Source: a virus (lineage: Duplodnaviria > Caudoviricetes). From it: DNA of 62,521 nucleotides. The number at the start of each line of letters is the position of its first letter. Positions within the stretch are counted from its first letter, which is position 1. The stretch is from the IMG/VR virus record IMGVR_UViG_3300044691_000265, positions 1 through 62,521 of that record; one strand, given 5' to 3'. The notes beneath the pieces were generated by a model. It was not told where the DNA came from and made no database searches. It saw nothing but the letters and a program-made list of their open reading frames with translations. Position numbers and translations under genes: made by a program. Below, piece by piece: positions 45,511 through 55,752 of the stretch.

Positions 45511-47238
45511 TTAATGGTGGCTCTTGCTGTGCGTGATCGCCTTGGCATACGCCTCAGGATCTGCTTTCTTCAGTTCTTCGAGCATCTTCTGTTCGGCCTG
45601 CTGTTTCGCCTTCAGCCGGGCCTGCAACTGGTCCTTCTGCGGGTAGGGCAGCATGTCGATCGCCGAGTGGCCGTCGACGAAGCCGGACTTGACGCCGAAC
45701 GCGACGAGCTGCTGATGATCGTCGGCGAAGATCGGCGAGCCGGAATGGCTGTCGACACAGACGCGGCGGTCCTCGGGCAGATCGCTCATGATGAAGCTGG
45801 TCTTCTCGATCGCCTCCATCGTCGAGCCGTCGGTCCAATACGACCGGCCGTCCTTCGCCTCCATCAGCGACAGGCGCAGATCGGCTGCGGCAGCGCACTG
45901 GCGCTCGACCAGCAGCGACCGGTCGCGCAGTCGGGGACTGGCCGTCTTCATCAGCGTCTCGGCATGGTTGCCGGCGCGCACCCCCGGCTCGCCACCACCG
46001 CCCAGGATGTTGTCGAAGCCGCCCAGATTGTCGATGATCCGCTGCATGAAATTGAGCATGTCGAGAGTCTGCGCCGGGAACGCCGGGGTCAGATCCTGCA
46101 TCGAAGCACCCGGCGGCGCGTTGAAAAAGCCGGCGGCGCGTGAGGCGTCATAGACCTCGTCGGTCAGGCCGTCATAACCCGAGAACCCCAGGATCTTATC
46201 GATCTGCAGCCCGAACAGCCGGCGGGCATCGTCGGCCCACTCCGACAGCAGCGCCTGGGGCTCGATCAGATCGGACAGTTCCGAACGGCCCCAGAAATAG
46301 CCGGCGACCTCGTTCGGCTGGATCAGCGTGTACGGGTGCAGCCCGGAATGGCTATCGCCGGGGATCAGCAGGTTGCATTTCTTGAACATCGGCGCGATCA
46401 GGATGTCGGGCTCGATGATCTGGATCGTGGTGTAATCGTCGCGGTCCTGGACCCAAAGCTCGTGCATCTTGACCATCGGCGCGGTCACTTCGGGGCCGAT
46501 CATCGCGGCGTTCGGGTCGCTGCCCAGGCCGACGATACCGCCGGGCATCGGCTTGGTCGACCCGGTGACGCCGGTCGACAGGGTGGCGCTCGACAGCACC
46601 TGATGGAAGAAACTGTTGTAGTCGCTGCTGGCTTGGCCTTGAGCAGCGTTGGCCTTGATCCGGCTATAGAGCTTCTGCGCATCGGGCAGATGCGCGATCC
46701 GGGACCAGACCTCCGGCATGGTGAGCATGATCGTCTCGCACATCGCCGGCTGGCGCGACAGTTCGTTGATGTCCTCGCGGTAGACGCCGAACTGCCAGGG
46801 CATGACCAGACTCTTCTGATAGGTCGGCACCTTGTCCGGGCCTTCCTGCTGCGGCCATTGCTTCAGCAGCGTGGAGCCCAGTTTCAGGCTTTCGAACACG
46901 CCTTGGGCGAACACCATGTCGGTGTTGTTGCGCTCGAAGTCGCGGGTCAGGATGCGTGACGCCTCCGCGCCCATCGCCAGGATGTTCGGCGGGTATTGGT
47001 TCTCGAAATCGACCACGAAGCGCAGATCGGTCGGGCTGAACAGATGGGCGGCTAGGCGGTCGATATGCGCGTGGAGCTTGTTGATCAGCGAGCGCGTGCC
47101 ATCCTGCCGGCCGGTCTCACAGATCGCGTTCAAGGTCCGGTAATAGGCCGCCCGCATGCCTTGCGATGATCGGCACTCGTCGATAATGCCCAGCGCCACG
47201 GGCAGCAGCTTCTTCTGATCGCTCGGCAAAAAAATCAT
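45511..47238 (-). CDS. Portal protein
   Basis: 575 aa, downstream of terminase; YFWGRSELSDLIEPQ motif. Confidence 0.75.
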   Translation of the reverse strand: MIFLPSDQKKLLPVALGIIDECRSSQGMRAAYYRTLNAICETGRQDGTRSLINKLHAHIDRLAAHLFSPTDLRFVVDFENQYPPNILAMGAEASRILTRDFERNNTDMVFAQGVFESLKLGSTLLKQWPQQEGPDKVPTYQKSLVMPWQFGVYREDINELSRQPAMCETIMLTMPEVWSRIAHLPDAQKLYSRIKANAAQGQASSDYNSFFHQVLSSATLSTGVTGSTKPMPGGIVGLGSDPNAAMIGPEVTAPMVKMHELWVQDRDDYTTIQIIEPDILIAPMFKKCNLLIPGDSHSGLHPYTLIQPNEVAGYFWGRSELSDLIEPQALLSEWADDARRLFGLQIDKILGFSGYDGLTDEVYDASRAAGFFNAPPGASMQDLTPAFPAQTLDMLNFMQRIIDNLGGFDNILGGGGEPGVRAGNHAETLMKTASPRLRDRSLLVERQCAAAADLRLSLMEAKDGRSYWTDGSTMEAIEKTSFIMSDLPEDRRVCVDSHSGSPIFADDHQQLVAFGVKSGFVDGHSAIDMLPYPQKDQLQARLKAKQQAEQKMLEELKKADPEAYAKAITHSKSHH

Positions 47239-47297
47239 GACGCGCCCAATCGGTGCGGTCGGGGCCGGAACTCACGGGCCAGCCATCCCGGATGCGT

Positions 47298-47870
47298 CTA
47301 GAATTTCAGGCCGCGACCGCGCTTCACCGTCTCGGCCGTGGGGACTTCGTAGACCGGCCCGCCGTTGGCCGCGTGGTTACGTCGCAGCGTGCCGGCCATC
47401 TTGGCGCCGGCATGGGCGTCGCCGCCGGTATGGGCCTGGGCCGCGAACGCCATCGCCTGCGGGTTCTGGAAGCCGCTGATATTGGGTGCCGCCTGCATGG
47501 CGCGGCTGACCGAGTTGTCGACCGGCACCGCGGCGATATCGCCTTCGCGCATATTGTCCTTCATGTTCGTGAGTTTCATGTTGTCGAACTCGGACCGGTC
47601 CTCGCCGGTCATCTCGACCGCCCGATCGATCTGCGCCTCGGCCGCGTTCTGCATGCCGCGATAGGTGCCGTCGACCGCCTGCACGACGACCCGGTTCTGC
47701 ACATGCGGCGCGACGATCGCGGCGACAAAACTGCGCACGACCGCCTCTTCGGCCTGGCTGTCGTGACCGCATAGCGGGCAGAACCTGGGAGCAGGTTCGT
47801 CGCTCGGGTGGTGCAGGAAGCTGAACTCGCCCAGGCACTCCGGGCAGCGGTACGAGCGGTATTTCGCCAT
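47298..47870 (-). CDS. FmdB-like zinc-ribbon protein
   Basis: YRCPECLGEF...CPLCG. Confidence 0.7.
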   Translation of the reverse strand: MAKYRSYRCPECLGEFSFLHHPSDEPAPRFCPLCGHDSQAEEAVVRSFVAAIVAPHVQNRVVVQAVDGTYRGMQNAAEAQIDRAVEMTGEDRSEFDNMKLTNMKDNMREGDIAAVPVDNSVSRAMQAAPNISGFQNPQAMAFAAQAHTGGDAHAGAKMAGTLRRNHAANGGPVYEVPTAETVKRGRGLKF

Positions 47871-47872
47871 GA

Positions 47873-49771
47873 CTATCTCCCGCGCCAGTTGGCCCGGCGC
47901 ATGGCACTGGCCTCGCGCCGACGACCGGCGGCCTTCACCGCGAAAAAGTTGGTGAGCTGGTGGTTGTTGAACATCTGGATCTGGTCGCGGATGGTCAGCC
48001 GCCGCGCCGCCGCCTCGTTCTCGCGGGTCCGCTTCGTCGTCGCCATGATCCGGCGCACGCGCTCTTCCCAGCAGCGAATGCCCATCGCCAGCGACATGAC
48101 CCGGTCGTCCTTCTTGGCGCCGTCGCCGGAAATGCTGTCGCCCTCGCGCACGATCCACTTCATCTCTTCTACAGTCTCAAGGGATCTGACGTGTAGCATC
48201 AGGTTTTCGGTGAAATCGCGCAGGCGCTCCATCAACGATACCTTGAGATTTCCCGTGGTTTTCCACATATATGATTTGCCCGGCGTCATTGAGTCCGACC
48301 GGCCGTAGAGGTAATTCTTGACGTTTCGGAAGATCTGCTGAAGTCCGCGCTCTTCGACTTCGCGCGGCTGATAGCCGTTCTGCAATTGACGCTTCAGCGA
48401 TTGCAGTTCCTGCCAGACCGCCTCTCCCGGCCCGTTCAACTCGACGATCAGATAGCATTCCTTGTACCAACCGAGCAGTGAGGCGACGACCCACGCGAAC
48501 TGCCGGGTGTTGACCAGCGGCCAGGCGTATTCGGCGACCTGGTCGACGCCGTCGGCATAGCAGCGCAGCACCTGGATCGCCGAGCGGTCGGACAGTTCGG
48601 AGTGCCCGAACGCCGGGTCGGCCGCGATCACATAGACCCCATCCTCTTCCGGCTCTTCCCAGACCTTCAACTGAGTGGATTTGGCATTGACCGCTGGATA
48701 GACCCGGCAATCGACGAACTCGATCCCGGTCGCATAGGCATAAGCCTTGTATTTTGCCGAAACATGCTTCTTCGTCATCTCGCCGAGCTTTGACGCCTCG
48801 AAAAACTGCGCGGCGGTCTGCTGAAACGCGTCTTCCTCGACCCATGGCTGCTCTTGAAGCCGGATGGTGTTGTCTTCGTAGTCGGCATCGTTGTCGCTGT
48901 CGGTCTTGGCGCTCGGGTCCATCTTCCGGCGCACCCACGCAAGCTGTTCCGGTGTGATCTGCCAGCCGTAGCGCTCGTAAACCTCTTCGATCCGCTCCAT
49001 TTCGCGCTCGGTCGGCGGTTCGAGGCCGTATAACTCGAAATCCGGGTCGTCGCGCTCGATGACCTGGCTGTCCTTCGACCACCAGCCGAGAAAAATGCAT
49101 TCGGAGTGGTTTTCGTCCTCGATCGCCTCGTCCCACATCTGCGACCAGAGGTTCCAGCCGCGCGCCGTCGACTCCCAGATGTAAAACCGGTCCGGATTGA
49201 TGTCGGACAGCGACTGCTTGAAGCTCTCGACACCTTCTTCATCGCCCCACGAGCACATTTCCGAGCAATGGGCGTAGGACAGGCCCGACGACCGGCCGAG
49301 ACCGCCGCTGTTCTTGTTCTTGCCGACGCCGGCCGACAGGAATTGGATGGTCGAACCGTTGCTGAGCGTGAGTTCTTCGCGATTATTGGCCACGATCGTG
49401 GGAAATTTCAACGTGGCTGGCAGCGATCGGATCATCGCCTCGACTTCGCGCCGGGCCTTGTTCTTGTTCTTGTCGGTGTCGAAGACGATGGCACCTTCGA
49501 GGCCGTCGTGGATGCCGAGCCAGAACACCGACAGCGCCCGGCTGAAGGTCGACACGCCGAGCTGCCGGCTCTTGAGCACGAAGAAAATGTGCTTGCCCTT
49601 GCGCAGCCCGTCGCAGATCCGCCGGAACAGCACTTTCTGGGCACGATAGATGTGCCGTCCGAGGCAGGTGTTGCCGCCCAGGTCTTTCGAGTTGATGTAG
49701 ACATGATCCAGGAACGTGAAGAACGCGGTCTCGAACGCCTGGATCTTGCCTTCGGACCAGCCGTCGGCCAT
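47873..49771 (-). CDS. terL: Terminase large subunit
   Basis: LKSRQLGVST, AHCSE, ESTARG, VIAADPAFG, VELNGPG, KDDRVMS. Confidence 0.92.
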   Translation of the reverse strand: MADGWSEGKIQAFETAFFTFLDHVYINSKDLGGNTCLGRHIYRAQKVLFRRICDGLRKGKHIFFVLKSRQLGVSTFSRALSVFWLGIHDGLEGAIVFDTDKNKNKARREVEAMIRSLPATLKFPTIVANNREELTLSNGSTIQFLSAGVGKNKNSGGLGRSSGLSYAHCSEMCSWGDEEGVESFKQSLSDINPDRFYIWESTARGWNLWSQMWDEAIEDENHSECIFLGWWSKDSQVIERDDPDFELYGLEPPTEREMERIEEVYERYGWQITPEQLAWVRRKMDPSAKTDSDNDADYEDNTIRLQEQPWVEEDAFQQTAAQFFEASKLGEMTKKHVSAKYKAYAYATGIEFVDCRVYPAVNAKSTQLKVWEEPEEDGVYVIAADPAFGHSELSDRSAIQVLRCYADGVDQVAEYAWPLVNTRQFAWVVASLLGWYKECYLIVELNGPGEAVWQELQSLKRQLQNGYQPREVEERGLQQIFRNVKNYLYGRSDSMTPGKSYMWKTTGNLKVSLMERLRDFTENLMLHVRSLETVEEMKWIVREGDSISGDGAKKDDRVMSLAMGIRCWEERVRRIMATTKRTRENEAAARRLTIRDQIQMFNNHQLTNFFAVKAAGRRREASAMRRANWRGR

Positions 49772-49833
49772 TGAAGTCGGGCTTTACGCTATGACTGCCG
49801 GATCTAACGGGCCAGCAATCCCGACTTGAATAC

Positions 49834-50100
49834 TTAGCGCCGACCGAAACCTTGCGGCTTATTGTCTTGCAGTTCGGCGATGGCCATCACGGCAGCACTC
49901 TGCACCAAACTCCAAAAGCGCGCCAGATCTTGGGTATTGTCGAGTAGCAACAGTTCGTGCAGCGTGCCGTCCGGCGCCGCGATCACGAAGGCACCGCCGA
50001 AGCCGTTGCTGGCGTTCAGATCGACCTTGTCGGCCATGGCGCGCAGGACGCTTGCCGCCTTGTACGGGATGTTGTCTTCGGCGGATAACTCGTCATTCAT
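49834..50100 (-). CDS. Hypothetical protein
   Basis: ATGA-coupled ORF. Confidence 0.65.
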   Translation of the reverse strand: MNDELSAEDNIPYKAASVLRAMADKVDLNASNGFGGAFVIAAPDGTLHELLLLDNTQDLARFWSLVQSAAVMAIAELQDNKPQGFGRR

Positions 50101-50342
50101 CTCAGCGCCTCGTCGATCATGATCCGCCAAGCCTCACCTGGGGCATAGTGGTCACCGCGCAAGTTGTCGCGACCGGCCGCGATTTCCATCGCCTCCGTCG
50201 GCTCGCGCATGGCGCCGATCGCCGCGCGCGCCTGCTTGATGTACTGATCGTGATCGGGCTGTAAGTGGAAGGGGAGTAGCGTGGACCCGCCCGGTTTCTT
50301 GAGCCAGATCGCATATGCCACGCGCTTGACGACCTCGGTCAC
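50097..50342 (-). CDS. Hypothetical phage protein
   Basis: ARAAIGAMREPTEAM...WRIMIDEAL motif, common in phage proteins. Confidence 0.65.
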   Translation of the reverse strand: MTEVVKRVAYAIWLKKPGGSTLLPFHLQPDHDQYIKQARAAIGAMREPTEAMEIAAGRDNLRGDHYAPGEAWRIMIDEALR

Positions 50343-50587
50343 GACGTCAGTTCCTTCACCGTCCACATGACGGCCTCTTCGAGCGCGGTCAGGCCGAGCG
50401 AGCGATACCGGCCGAATTTCACCATCTCGAACAGCTTTTCCAACTCGACGGCCTTCGCCTTTATGTCGTCGTGCAACTGCTTCTCTTCCGGCGTCAGCGC
50501 GCGGTACATCGGCCGGAACCGGCTGGTCGGCATCGCGACGTCGGCGGATTGGCGGCCATCCGGCTCGCCCTGGTAGACGTTGGTCAT
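50339..50587 (-). CDS. Acb2/Tad1-like nucleotide-signal sponge
   Basis: YRALTPEEKQLHDDIK...GRYRSLGLTALEEAVMW. Confidence 0.6.
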   Translation of the reverse strand: MTNVYQGEPDGRQSADVAMPTSRFRPMYRALTPEEKQLHDDIKAKAVELEKLFEMVKFGRYRSLGLTALEEAVMWTVKELTS

Positions 50588-51294
50588 AGCTTGATCCCGT
50601 GCTCAGTAAGGAAGGCGTCATAGACCCGCTGGTCGGCACAATGGGTGATGTAATCCGGTATCACGTTATGCTGTTGAAAGTTTGCGACGGTGAAATCGCC
50701 CTGGTCATTCCGGAGGCCGCGAAGCGGAAGCGTGAACAGATCGTCCTCAACGATCTTCTCGAACCGGCGCTCGGGAAGCGTATCGAAGCTCGCTGCCGGC
50801 GGCGATGCGCCCCAGTTGTACTTGCGGATAAATTCGACGTCCCGCAGGTAGTCCAGATCGGCGAACACGATGCCGTTCTCAACGAAACCGTACATACAAT
50901 CCATCGGACAAGCGACCTTGACGCCGACGCGCTCCATCTTCTGCAGGATCGGCATCACCGGCCGGGCGAACAGCATGTCGGCGTCGATATAGGCGATGTG
51001 GCTGTAGCCCAGATAGGCCGCCAGTTCGATGCCGCGACAGAACGCCCGGCCCCATCCATCGCCACCACCGCGCGACAGGTGACCGATATTGTCGTCGAAC
51101 CGCTTGACGATGATGTTCGCGTGCTGCGGTGCCTTGGTCGGCAGGAAGTACCGCGGATCGAACGGGCTGGCGCTATCGATCAGCATGATATCCAGGCCGG
51201 GATTGAGTTTCCGGTTCAGCAGCGACCAGCGGATGACCAGGTCGCGCATCGCCTCGTCTGCGACGTAGCAGGTGCCGAACAGCAGGGGCTTCAT
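50584..51294 (-). CDS. Glycosyltransferase (GT-A-like)
   Basis: LIDSAS...NIGH...YIDAD (DxD motif). Confidence 0.65.
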   Translation of the reverse strand: MKPLLFGTCYVADEAMRDLVIRWSLLNRKLNPGLDIMLIDSASPFDPRYFLPTKAPQHANIIVKRFDDNIGHLSRGGGDGWGRAFCRGIELAAYLGYSHIAYIDADMLFARPVMPILQKMERVGVKVACPMDCMYGFVENGIVFADLDYLRDVEFIRKYNWGASPPAASFDTLPERRFEKIVEDDLFTLPLRGLRNDQGDFTVANFQQHNVIPDYITHCADQRVYDAFLTEHGIKL

Positions 51295-51518
51295 TTTCCG
51301 CCCTTCGAATAGTGGTGGTCGTACTTGCCCTTGATCTGGTTGTGCAGCGCGGTGCCGACCGACCAGGCATCCATGACCTCTTTCGCCAGATTCGCCGGCA
51401 CACCCGAATAGACGCTGGTCTTGCCGGTGTCCCAGCGCACGGTCAGTTCGTTGGTCTCGTCATTGTGCGAGACGGTGTCGACGTGCGACGAGTAGACCGA
51501 CTTAGTCTGGATCGCCAT
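51291..51518 (-). CDS. KTSC domain protein
   Basis: VYSSHVDTVSH...LTVRW...YSGVP...SVGTALHNQIKGKY. Confidence 0.85.
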   Translation of the reverse strand: MAIQTKSVYSSHVDTVSHNDETNELTVRWDTGKTSVYSGVPANLAKEVMDAWSVGTALHNQIKGKYDHHYSKGGK

Positions 51519-51816
51519 CAGGCTTCTCCAATGCCGCCTGCGCTTCCTCGCGGCGCTGCTGCGCGATGCGCTTGGTCAGGATGATCACCTGGGCGATGGC
51601 ATCGTCCTGGTCCTGTTCCGCGACCTTGAAACGCGCACGCCCGGCATCGGTGATGACGTAATTCGCCTCATCCAGCGCCTTCAACAAACCGAGCGCGGCA
51701 AGGCGTTTCGTCGGGGCCTCCCACCGGCCGATCGGGATCATGCTTTGCCCTCGCGCGGCGATTTCGAGCACGGTCTCTTCATCAAGGGATAGCGGCTCGA
51801 TCAGTTGCCCGGTCAT
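51502..51816 (-). CDS. Hypothetical (winged-helix-like) protein
   Basis: RLAALGLL...YVITDAGRA. Confidence 0.6.
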   Translation of the reverse strand: MTGQLIEPLSLDEETVLEIAARGQSMIPIGRWEAPTKRLAALGLLKALDEANYVITDAGRARFKVAEQDQDDAIAQVIILTKRIAQQRREEAQAALEKPDGDPD

Positions 51817-51817
51817 G

Positions 51818-53188
51818 TCAGAAGTCCGCCGTATCGTGAACACGATGCCCAAGCGCCGCGATCACCCGCTCGATCACCGGCCCCCAGGTGCCGTCGTCGC
51901 CCTGGCGGAACAATGTCGTGTTCGGGTTCCAGAGTTGCCGATCGCCGGTCCGGCCACAGCGGTAGTCGCCGCCGGATTTCGCCAGCATGATCCAGCATTC
52001 CTTCTCGATCGCGCCTGCGATGTGCCCGAGCGACGTCTCGACGCAGATCACCAGGTCCATCTCGCGCAGGATCGCCACGGTATCGGCGACATCGCGCACA
52101 TGCGGCGCCAGATCCTTGATCAGTGCGGCACAGCCGGCGGCGTGCAGTTCCATCGCGCGCTCGCCGATCTGCAGCGAATAGATCTGGATGCCCGGCACCT
52201 GGTAGAGATCCAGGAATTGCTCGACCCGCATCGACCTGTGTCGATCTATTTCATTTTGCGACGAGCCGGCCCAGCAGATCGCGATATGCAGCTTGCGGTC
52301 GGGCGCCTTCCAGACTGGGATGGTGTCGAACGGCGGCATCGGCAGGTTCGGCGCGGTGCGGATCTCGTCGTCGGTCAGGCCGAGCGCGACCGGCACGCTG
52401 ACCGTCGACGTCCAATAGTCGGCCGCGGGGAACGGCGCCGGCAGCGGCTGGATCTCGACGTTCGGGTGTGCCTGCAGCATGGCGCGAAACAGCCGGCACA
52501 GTTCGGGCTGGATCAGCATGATCACCCGGCCGGCACGTGCCGCCACCGCCGGCACGAAGCGAACATAGCAGAGCGTGTCGCCCAGCCCCTGGTCGGCCTG
52601 GATCAGCACGGTTTTATCGCTGACGTCTTCGCCGCGCCATGGCGGATAGGGGTATTGGGTGAAGGACTGAAGGCGGTATGGAAATCTTGCCTCGAAGTGC
52701 TTCAAACCTTCGGCGTATTTCCCTTCGAATAACAAGGCGAATGCCAGGGCGGTTTCGATGATTGGCGACTGATCAAGTTCGAATGCCTTGCGCGCGTTTC
52801 GGATCGCGTTGGCGCCTTCACCTTTGATCGACTGGATCAGGGATAGGTTGCAAACGGCGAATGCAAGATTCGGATCAAGGTCCAGCGCCCGTCGCGTCAC
52901 CTCTTCCGCTTCCTCGAACTCGCCCATATGGTAGAGCCGGTGCCCCAGGTTTGTCCATATTTTTGCGTCGGTTGGATCGATCTCCAATGCCCGTCGGTAG
53001 CAAGCGGCCGACGCGGCAAGCAACCCCAAGTCGGAATTGAAATTCCCGACTTGAAACCAACCCGGCGTGAATGTCGGGTCGATATCGACCGACGAACTAA
53101 TTAATTTATAGGCGATCTGGCGATCTGTCGCGTTGGCGTGCACGCCTTTATTATAGACGGACACTGCTGCGGTGCGCCGATCAGACAC
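51818..53188 (-). CDS. TPR-containing glycosyltransferase (GT9-like)
   Basis: TPR repeats; QADQGLGDTL, WAGS, DLVICVETSLGHIAGA, LFRQ. Confidence 0.85.
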   Translation of the reverse strand: MSDRRTAAVSVYNKGVHANATDRQIAYKLISSSVDIDPTFTPGWFQVGNFNSDLGLLAASAACYRRALEIDPTDAKIWTNLGHRLYHMGEFEEAEEVTRRALDLDPNLAFAVCNLSLIQSIKGEGANAIRNARKAFELDQSPIIETALAFALLFEGKYAEGLKHFEARFPYRLQSFTQYPYPPWRGEDVSDKTVLIQADQGLGDTLCYVRFVPAVAARAGRVIMLIQPELCRLFRAMLQAHPNVEIQPLPAPFPAADYWTSTVSVPVALGLTDDEIRTAPNLPMPPFDTIPVWKAPDRKLHIAICWAGSSQNEIDRHRSMRVEQFLDLYQVPGIQIYSLQIGERAMELHAAGCAALIKDLAPHVRDVADTVAILREMDLVICVETSLGHIAGAIEKECWIMLAKSGGDYRCGRTGDRQLWNPNTTLFRQGDDGTWGPVIERVIAALGHRVHDTADF

Positions 53189-53708
53189 GGGACGCTCTCC
53201 TTTCACCGAAATTTGTTCTGGCAAACTCGCCCCGCTCTTTTACCGCAGCGCGGTCGAACGCTAAGGCGGCACACTCTGGATCATCGAAATATCCAAGAAA
53301 TCTGACGCTGCCGTCCGGCGCACGAATCTCGGCACGCCATTTCTCTCGGCGACGCTCGTACATAACACCTTTAAAACCAGTCTTATTGTCGCGGCGCAGC
53401 CAGGCATTGGCGCCAATCTGGCTTGGGGTTGCAGCCCTCAGATTGGTCCAGCGGTTGTTAGCGAGATCTTTATCGTCATGATCGACGCCGTGCGCGGGCC
53501 ACTCGCCGCGCATCAGAGCCCAGGCAATGCGGTGAGCGTAGTGGAGACGACCGTTCAATCCGATGACGACATGACCTTGCTTATTTGGACATCCTGTTAT
53601 TTCGCCTGCTCGCCGACATCCCCGACGGACCCGCCAACGCAAGATTCCAGTGTCCGGACTGTAATCGAGCAAAGTGCGGAGTTCATCAATTGACGGATCG
53701 CAACTCAT
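53181..53708 (-). CDS. HNH-AP2 homing endonuclease
   Basis: AHRIAW...VDH...NNRWTNLR plus TGFKGV...KWRAEI...LGYF. Confidence 0.9.
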   Translation of the reverse strand: MSCDPSIDELRTLLDYSPDTGILRWRVRRGCRRAGEITGCPNKQGHVVIGLNGRLHYAHRIAWALMRGEWPAHGVDHDDKDLANNRWTNLRAATPSQIGANAWLRRDNKTGFKGVMYERRREKWRAEIRAPDGSVRFLGYFDDPECAALAFDRAAVKERGEFARTNFGERRASRV

Positions 53709-54943
53709 ACCTCAGCCTCCGGGTCTTCAACGATGACTTGGGGGAAGTAGACCAGGAAGGCATCCTTGGCATCCGGCCGCTTGGCCTTGATCTTAGCCAT
53801 GATCTCTGGTGCGAAATTCCAGGCTGTGACAACCCACAAGATCGGACCGGTCGCGCGGCTCCATTGCCCGGTCCAACCCTCAATCCGTGTACCGGCCGTC
53901 GTATAGCGGTTTTGCTTTAGCGGGTTCTCATCGACGATCGAATCGATCTGGATGCCGGAGAAATTCAGGAACGTGATCGCCTTCGCGGCGGCGCCGTAGC
54001 CGACGATGGGATATTTCTTCGCCCGGTAAATCTCGATCGTCGACTTGACCAGATCGACCCGCTCCTGAACCCGCTGCTGGAACCCGTCGTAGAGCGTCAG
54101 ACCGTAAAGCCCGGCCGCGCGCTCGGCATTGGTCGTCGCCAGCCGACGCGGCTTTGTCACGCCATCGCGGCCGAGCTGCACCAGGTACGACGTGCCATGG
54201 ATCGGCATCCGCTCGATCTTGACGATCGTCAGGCCGCAACGCTCAGCAAGGGCACTGAACGACGCTGTCGTGAAGAACGACAGATGCTCGTGGTAGCAGG
54301 TATCGAACTCGGCATTGACCACCATGTCGGCCTGCGACGTCTGGATATAGATCCGGCCGCCCGGTTCGAGCGACAGCGCCGCCAGCCGCAGAAACAGCGC
54401 CGGGTTCTCGACGTGGCCCAGCACGTTCATCGCGATGATCACGTCGAACTTGCCGCCGAGCCGGTATTCCGGGACCATCTCCCAGTACCAGGGCAACACC
54501 TTGATGCCGGCCTCAGCCGCTACGGCAACCAGATTCTGCGCCGGGTCGACGCCGAGCACTTCATGGCCGCGGCTCTTGAAGGCTTTCAGCAGCGTGCCGT
54601 CGTTGGCCGCGATGTCGAGCACGCGCAGTGCATGGCTGCCGGGGCCGGTCAGTTCGGTCTCGACCTTGATCACGAACTGGCGGAAATAATCGCGCAGCGT
54701 CTGCGACGTGCCGCTGACATAGGCATATTCGCGGAACATCAAATCGCGATTGACAGCGACGAAATTCTGGCTGTGCCAGCAGTCGATGCAGAGGTTCAGC
54801 CCGAGCGGATAGGTCGGCCAGGTCGCGTCGGCGAGATCGGTCAGCGAATTGGCCAGCGGCTGATCCGGCGCCCGAAAATACGGCCGCAAATTCTCGCCGC
54901 CGCACGCCAGGCAATGGGTGAGCGTGCGGAACGGCTCGCCCAT
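53705..54943 (-). CDS. NDP-sugar C-methyltransferase (SAM-dependent, zinc-binding)
   Basis: CLACG, CIDC, VLDIAANDG, YHEHLSFF, HGTS, GYGAAAKA. Confidence 0.85.
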   Translation of the reverse strand: MGEPFRTLTHCLACGGENLRPYFRAPDQPLANSLTDLADATWPTYPLGLNLCIDCWHSQNFVAVNRDLMFREYAYVSGTSQTLRDYFRQFVIKVETELTGPGSHALRVLDIAANDGTLLKAFKSRGHEVLGVDPAQNLVAVAAEAGIKVLPWYWEMVPEYRLGGKFDVIIAMNVLGHVENPALFLRLAALSLEPGGRIYIQTSQADMVVNAEFDTCYHEHLSFFTTASFSALAERCGLTIVKIERMPIHGTSYLVQLGRDGVTKPRRLATTNAERAAGLYGLTLYDGFQQRVQERVDLVKSTIEIYRAKKYPIVGYGAAAKAITFLNFSGIQIDSIVDENPLKQNRYTTAGTRIEGWTGQWSRATGPILWVVTAWNFAPEIMAKIKAKRPDAKDAFLVYFPQVIVEDPEAEV

Positions 54944-55752
54944 CAGACCAACTCGCCTTTGCGGTGGTGCTCGATCAGCGCCGCCACGATCTCGTCGAGC
55001 GTCTGGGTCGGCTCCATCCATTCTTCCGGCGTCATCAGGAAATCATAGGTCGGCGACGGCGGCGCCTCGATCACGGGGGCACCGGTCAGTTCCCCGATCC
55101 GCTCGGCGATGTGCTCGATCGAACTGCTGAACGAACATATGTTGTGCAGCCCGGCCGGCACCTTGCCGTCGAGAATGCGATCGATGCCTTTCAGCAGATC
55201 GGCCATCCCGAGGATCGGCCGCCAGACACGCGGGTTCGACATCGAGATCCGCTTGGACCGCAACGCGCTCGACACCATTCCGTTGACGACAGTGTCGTAT
55301 CTCATGTTCGGGCTCGGGCCGGCGACGGTGCCGAAGCGGAGACCCCACGAGTTCGGGTAGAGCAGCGGCACGATCGCCTCGGCCGCGCGCTTCGTGAGAT
55401 CGTACATATTTCGCTGCTCGGACTGATCATGCACCGCGGCCGACGAGGCATAGATCAGCGGCTGACCGGCGAGCTGCTGGGTTAGCCGAGCGAGACCGGC
55501 GAGATTATTCTCGAACGCGGCGAACGGTGTGGCGATCGACGCCTTCACGCTCGAATGCCCGGCCATCATGATGACGGCGTCCCAGTCGGTGAAGCGGTGC
55601 GCCCAGGTGTAGTTCATGCGCTCGTTGCGCAGGATTCCGGCGTCGCCACGCAGTTCGACGTCCATCGAATCGACCGTATAGCCCTGCTCGTCCAGGTACC
55701 GATAGATCGCGCTACCGACGTACCCGCAGCCGCCGATGACCAGGATCTTCAT
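54943..55752 (-). CDS. NAD-dependent epimerase/dehydratase (extended SDR)
   Basis: IGGCGYVG, YASSAAV, YDLTK, LRFGTVAG. Confidence 0.9.
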   Translation of the reverse strand: MKILVIGGCGYVGSAIYRYLDEQGYTVDSMDVELRGDAGILRNERMNYTWAHRFTDWDAVIMMAGHSSVKASIATPFAAFENNLAGLARLTQQLAGQPLIYASSAAVHDQSEQRNMYDLTKRAAEAIVPLLYPNSWGLRFGTVAGPSPNMRYDTVVNGMVSSALRSKRISMSNPRVWRPILGMADLLKGIDRILDGKVPAGLHNICSFSSSIEHIAERIGELTGAPVIEAPPSPTYDFLMTPEEWMEPTQTLDEIVAALIEHHRKGELV

